Source of the DNA: Deltaproteobacteria bacterium | GTDB lineage: Bacteria; Desulfobacterota; Dissulfuribacteria; Dissulfuribacterales; UBA3076 | Length of the DNA: 64,000 nt | NCBI GenBank assembly: GCA_018399745.1 | Contig: JAGYNZ010000013.1 | Span: forward strand, 65 to 64,064 | Direction of reading: 5' to 3' | Shown here: positions 60,560 through 64,000 of the stretch, piece by piece | Position numbering within the stretch: position 1 is the first letter of the stretch | Layout: the number at the start of each line of letters is the position of its first letter | Made by a program: the position numbers and the translations under genes | Notes under the pieces: model-generated | What the model was told of the DNA's origin: nothing | Seen by the model: only the letters and a program-made list of their open reading frames with translations | The model's database searches: none

Positions 60560-60652
60560 ATATTAAATTTTTTGGGATTTGATTCCCCGCCGCTTGCGGC
60601 GTTCTTTAGCAATACGAGATACCCCGTGGTTTCCCGCGGGGTATTTTTTTTT
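60560..60652 (+). ncRNA. Candidate small RNA or attenuator leader of about 93 nt (orphan promoter-terminator unit)
   Basis: The region is bounded by a consensus-like promoter and a strong intrinsic terminator. It contains an internal hairpin CGCCG-CTTG-CGGCG (60588..60601). I recognised no RNA family. Confidence 0.3.
60619..60652 (+). terminator. Rho-independent terminator
   Basis: The 11-bp stem ATACCCCGTGG/CCGCGGGGTAT (one G-U pair) has loop TTTC and is followed by a T8 tract. Confidence 0.8.
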
Positions 60653-60686
60653 ACGACAACATAATAAACAAAAAAGGAGATATAAA

Positions 60687-60830
60687 ATGTATCTGATAGC
60701 AAAAAAGATGATAGAGAATAATAAGAAATGGGCTAAGCTCAGAGAACCTGAAAAATTTTCGTCAGTTAAATTTTCTAAGTTTAATTCATTGTATAATTAT
60801 GTCAGCAAATTATATAAAGCTTGGCATTAA
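60687..60830 (+). CDS. Small Lys-rich hypothetical protein (47 aa)
   Basis: AAGGAG lies 7 nt upstream of the ATG. The sequence MYLIAKKMIENNKKWAKLREPEKFSSVKFSKFNSLYNYVSKLYKAWH is very AT-rich. No family recognised. Confidence 0.35.
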   Translation: MYLIAKKMIENNKKWAKLREPEKFSSVKFSKFNSLYNYVSKLYKAWH

Positions 60831-60944
60831 TTTTACATACTATTATGTATAAAATATACACATAAAAGGGATAAAGGAGAAATTATGATTCTTATTATCC
60901 CGGATTATAGCTGGAAATAGAAAAAAGAAGTGCCAATAGAGTCC

Positions 60945-61412
60945 ATGAGCATCAGATCAGAGGGACTATCTGTAGTTATACAGATAAAACGCCTGCCACA
61001 TGCAGTTGATCTGCCGTTCCCGCAATACGCAACCAGACAGTCAGCAGGCATGGATTTGTACTCGGCCATCCAACACGATATTCATCTGCATTCCGGGGAA
61101 ATAGGCCTGGTTCCCACAGGCCTTGCGGTGGCCCTTCCGTACGGCTTTGAATTCCAGATCCGGCCCCGAAGCGGGCTTGCTGTCAAATATGGTCTTACGG
61201 TAATCAACGCGCCCGGTACTATTGATGCCGACTACCGCGGCGAGATAAAAGTCGGCCTGATTAATCTGGGACCAGAGACTGTCACCATAAAGAGAGGACA
61301 GAGGATTGCCCAGATGATCCTTGCCAGAGTCCGGCAGGCAAAATGGCAGGAAGTGGAGGAGCTGCCCGCGAGTGAAAGGGGCAAAGGCGGCTTTGGTCAC
61401 AGTGGAATTTAG
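60945..61412 (+). CDS. dut: dUTP diphosphatase
   Basis: The motifs [27 protein letters not shown] and GGFGHSG match Dut. The start is uncertain: ATG 60945 or GTG 60930. Confidence 0.92.
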   Translation: MSIRSEGLSVVIQIKRLPHAVDLPFPQYATRQSAGMDLYSAIQHDIHLHSGEIGLVPTGLAVALPYGFEFQIRPRSGLAVKYGLTVINAPGTIDADYRGEIKVGLINLGPETVTIKRGQRIAQMILARVRQAKWQEVEELPASERGKGGFGHSGI

Positions 61413-61652
61413 CTGTAGACTGAACAGGATATCAGGGTCTGCATACTGTTTTTTCCACCTGATAAGTTTCTCGTCCGTATCGGGCACATACAGCAGGAAT
61501 AAAGGCATCATAATAAAATAATAAGGTGATTGAGCAGGGGAAGACCTGGGAATAAGGACCTAAAAGACAAGACCTCCAGGCGAAACAAAGAATTTGCAAG
61601 ATAGTATGATAGTAAACTACGAAATCAACACCTGGTTGTAGAGCCAGATAAC

Positions 61653-62270
61653 ATGTTGAATTTCCTCCTTACAGGATCTCTATTAGGCCTGTCATCAGGT
61701 TTTGCCCCGGGACCACTGCTTGCCCTGGTAATTTCTGAAACCCTTCAACACGATATAAGAGCCGGTTTTAAGATCGCTCTTGCTCCAGTCATTACTGATT
61801 TGCCAATTGTCATTTTGACTTTATTCATACTGGTAAAGCTGTCCGGTTTCCATAACGTGTTGGGAATTATTTCATGTATGGGCGGCTTTTTCGTCTTTTA
61901 TTTAGGTTGCCAGGGTATACGTACAAAAGGCATAGAATTGAACTCTCAGGAGATCGTGCCCAACTCATGGACAAAGGGAATAATAGCCAACGTATTAAAT
62001 CCCCATCCATATCTATTCTGGTTTGGTGTCGGGGCGCCGACAGTAGCCAGGGCAATGGACCATGGTATTTTTGCCCCTTTTGCCTTCATCGGCAGTTTTT
62101 ATGTCCTGCTTGTCGGGTCAAAAATTGTGATAGCTTTATTAGTTGGTAAGTCCAGATCATTTCTGGCGGGAAATGTATATGTATATACGATGCGGCTTCT
62201 CGGTTTATTATTATGTGTATTGGCAATTACTCTTTTTTATGACGGGCTGAAACTATTGGGAATTCTATAA
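61653..62270 (+). CDS. LysE/RhtB family amino-acid exporter
   Basis: 205 aa with about 6 TM segments. The N-terminal GSLLGLSSGFAPGPLLALVISETL and NPHPYLFW motifs are typical of LysE-type translocators. Confidence 0.75.
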   Translation: MLNFLLTGSLLGLSSGFAPGPLLALVISETLQHDIRAGFKIALAPVITDLPIVILTLFILVKLSGFHNVLGIISCMGGFFVFYLGCQGIRTKGIELNSQEIVPNSWTKGIIANVLNPHPYLFWFGVGAPTVARAMDHGIFAPFAFIGSFYVLLVGSKIVIALLVGKSRSFLAGNVYVYTMRLLGLLLCVLAITLFYDGLKLLGIL

Positions 62271-62463
62271 GGCGAATGACAATTCATGCCCGCGCGTGCC
62301 GGGCACATCAGGCCTTCCCTGCCCGGGGCCAATCGGTTTAATTCTGGCCCTGGTAATCTCAAAGAACAGGAAGCCGTAGAAAAGCGTTTCAAGGCGCATG
62401 ATAAAAAGGCACCATACGACGGTTGATCGCTGCAGATGACCCTGTGTATTGGCCCATAGAGAA

Positions 62464-62955
62464 ATGAATATCTTTGTACTTGATCTTAACACCGAGTCGT
62501 GTGCGCGCTATCACTGTGATCAGCACGTCGTTAAGATGATTCTGGAAAGCGCGCAGATTGTATGTACAGCACTCAACAAGAAGGGATTTGTTACACCTTA
62601 CAAATCAACCCATGCGAAACATCCGTGCGTTCTCTGGGCAGGGACATCATTCTCGAACCTGGAATGGCTGAAGAGTCTGGCGAGAGCGCTCAACCGTGAG
62701 TACCTTTACAGGTACCGGAAATTTGAGGATCACAGTTCAATTGCGGTAATTGATCAGATTGAGGGGATGAAGTATGAGTCGATAGGACGAACTGAGTTCC
62801 CTCAGGCCATGCCTGAAAAGTACAGGGTCCCGGGTGACCCGGTACAGGCATATCGTAACTTTTATATCGGAGAAAAACTGAAGTTCGCCCGATGGACGAG
62901 AAGAAGAAGACCGGCATGGATAAAAGAGATGTTGAGCCGGAAACCAGTTCAATAA
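62464..62955 (+). CDS. Conserved hypothetical protein (N-terminal MNIFVLD...YHCDQHVVKMILESAQ signature)
   Basis: About 163 aa from internal ATG 62464. I recall the N-terminal signature from uncharacterised bacterial and phage proteins but cannot name a family. Confidence 0.5.
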   Translation: MNIFVLDLNTESCARYHCDQHVVKMILESAQIVCTALNKKGFVTPYKSTHAKHPCVLWAGTSFSNLEWLKSLARALNREYLYRYRKFEDHSSIAVIDQIEGMKYESIGRTEFPQAMPEKYRVPGDPVQAYRNFYIGEKLKFARWTRRRRPAWIKEMLSRKPVQ

Positions 62956-64000
62956 CGAAGACTTTGTCACGGCGGGAATTTCTCTGCACGACGTGTCTGG
63001 TCTCCACGGGCATGTTCCTGCCGTCTTTTCGACCGACATGGGCAGCCCGGACAGCCTCGAAGAGTGCCGGCGAATTCGGCGAACTGAACGCGACCGATTC
63101 CGGCGGCATCGACCTCTACCTTGAGCACAAAGACCTGCTTATCGGTGGCAGGCCCGGCCGGGCGATTGCGATCAATGGTTCCATCCCCGGGCCGGTCATT
63201 CGTATGCAGGAAGGCAAAGAGGCGCTGATCCGCGTCCACAATCGGCTGGAGGAGTCGAGCTCGATTCACTGGCACGGCATACTGCTGCCTTTCAACATGG
63301 ATGGCGTCCCGGGCATCAGCTTTTCAGGCATTCCAGCGGGAGAGACATTTACCTACCGCTATCCTGTCCGGCAGAACGGCACGTACTGGTATCACAGCCA
63401 CACTGGTTTGCAGGAACAGCTTGGACATTACGGCCAGCTCATTCTCGAACCGGCCGAACCTGATCCGGTAATATACGACGTGGAGTATTCGATCATCCTG
63501 TCAGACTGGACATTCGAGAGACCGCACCGCGTGTTGTGGAAGCTCAAGACCATGGAGGGCTACTACAACTTCCAGCGCCCGACACTGGCGAATATCGACG
63601 ATCAGATAAAGGCGACCGGTATGTCACTGAGTGAAGTGCTTGAGAAAAGACTGGCGTGGGACCGTATGCGGATGGACCCGACCGATATTGCCGACATTAC
63701 CGGAGTGACCTATACCTACCTGATGAACGGCAAGGCGGCCCACGAGAACCCTGCGTTCATTGCCAGGCCCTGGCAGCGGGTGCGCCTGCGGATCGTCAAC
63801 GCCTCGACCATGACCTTTTACGATGTCCGCATCCCGGGCCTGCCGATGACTGTCGTGCAGGCAGACGGGCAGGACATCAAGCCGGTGGAGACCGATGAGC
63901 TTCGTATCGGTGTTGCCGAAACATATGACGTGATCGTGACGCTGCCGGACGCACGGGCCTACACCCTGTTCGCGGAGACCATGGACCGCAGCGGTTATGC
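62916..64000 (+). CDS. copA: Copper-resistance multicopper oxidase CopA/PcoA-like, Tat-exported; 3' end lies outside the window
   Basis: My own translation (codon starts divisible by 3) gives LSRREFL (twin-arginine signal), NGSIPGPVIRMQEGKEALIRVHNRLEESSSIHWHGILLPFNMDGVPGISF and GTYWYHSHTGLQEQLGHYGQLILEP. The frame is open to position 64000. This ORF is not in the supplied track. The start is uncertain: ATG 62916, ATG 62892 or TTG 62964. Confidence 0.85.
   Translation, partial: MDKRDVEPETSSITKTLSRREFLCTTCLVSTGMFLPSFRPTWAARTASKSAGEFGELNATDSGGIDLYLEHKDLLIGGRPGRAIAINGSIPGPVIRMQEGKEALIRVHNRLEESSSIHWHGILLPFNMDGVPGISFSGIPAGETFTYRYPVRQNGTYWYHSHTGLQEQLGHYGQLILEPAEPDPVIYDVEYSIILSDWTFERPHRVLWKLKTMEGYYNFQRPTLANIDDQIKATGMSLSEVLEKRLAWDRMRMDPTDIADITGVTYTYLMNGKAAHENPAFIARPWQRVRLRIVNASTMTFYDVRIPGLPMTVVQADGQDIKPVETDELRIGVAETYDVIVTLPDARAYTLFAETMDRSGY

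Noticed and set aside
60573-60600. GGGATTTGATTCCCCGCCGC as a degraded tRNA T-arm/acceptor fragment (att-site remnant).
   Set aside because: The stem pairing is poor and it does not match either tRNA in the window. This is too speculative.
60579-60686. N-terminal 36 codons of track ORF 60579..60830.
   Set aside because: This part would be translated through the strong terminator hairpin and lacks a ribosome-binding site. Only the SD-led internal start at 60687 is plausible.
62265-62492. 75-aa minus-strand ORF between lysE and the conserved hypothetical gene.
   Set aside because: No motif or ribosome-binding site. It overlaps the start of the better-supported plus-strand gene.
62967-63898. 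Track ORFs 62967..63275 (minus), 62690..63109 (minus), 62737..63039 (minus) and 63656..63898 (plus).
   Set aside because: They lie off-frame or antisense within the GC-rich multicopper oxidase gene. High GC suppresses stop codons, and the translations are Arg/Pro/Ala-rich junk.

Overview
The 64-kb window reads as a bacterial chromosome segment made mostly of core housekeeping genes. Gene content and synteny look like a Desulfobacterota (deltaproteobacterium-like) organism, but that is inference only. All calls come from by-eye motif recognition on the supplied ORF translations; no searches or computations were run.

Recognisable blocks, in order:
- tsaD, tRNA-Arg(CCT), a eukaryotic-type hisA, tatA/tatC, alr, class I fumarase, thiC-thiDN, panC-panD and rimO.
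- gyrB-dnaN without an adjacent dnaA, then serS and comM.
- groES-groEL with a perfect CIRCE operator, then suhB-like, lspA and a BepA-like M48/TPR protease.
- A PEP-CTERM-type exopolysaccharide locus: Wza-like exporter, outer-membrane barrel, chain-length determinant, ExeA-like ATPase, BY-kinase and priming sugar transferase, followed by glmS and an epimerase.
- hflX, parAB and tRNA-Gly(CCC).
- The long rimP-nusA-infB-DUF503-rbfA-nrnA-truB-rpsO-pnp-M16 peptidase string, then dut and a LysE exporter.
- At the 3' edge, a GC-rich, Tat-signal multicopper oxidase (copA/pcoA-like) that runs off the window.

I found no CRISPR array, transposase, integrase or recognisable defence system. No clearly novel multi-gene system is evident. 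The candidates most worth a second look are:
1. A Tpt1/KptA-like protein in which all four catalytic-tetrad positions appear substituted. It carries a long basic tail and sits divergent from a small HNH nuclease that heads the EPS operon.
2. A roughly 2-kb islet next to tRNA-Arg, bounded by a degenerate copy of the tRNA 3' end. It carries an orphan C-terminal J-domain protein and a Pyr_excise-like glycosylase.
3. An orphan promoter-terminator unit (candidate sRNA or attenuator), followed by a very AT-rich stretch with strongly SD-led micro-ORFs upstream of dut.
4. An abrupt GC jump into the copper-oxidase segment.
5. A markedly AT-rich dnaN and upstream region, with a near-consensus parS about 2 kb away.
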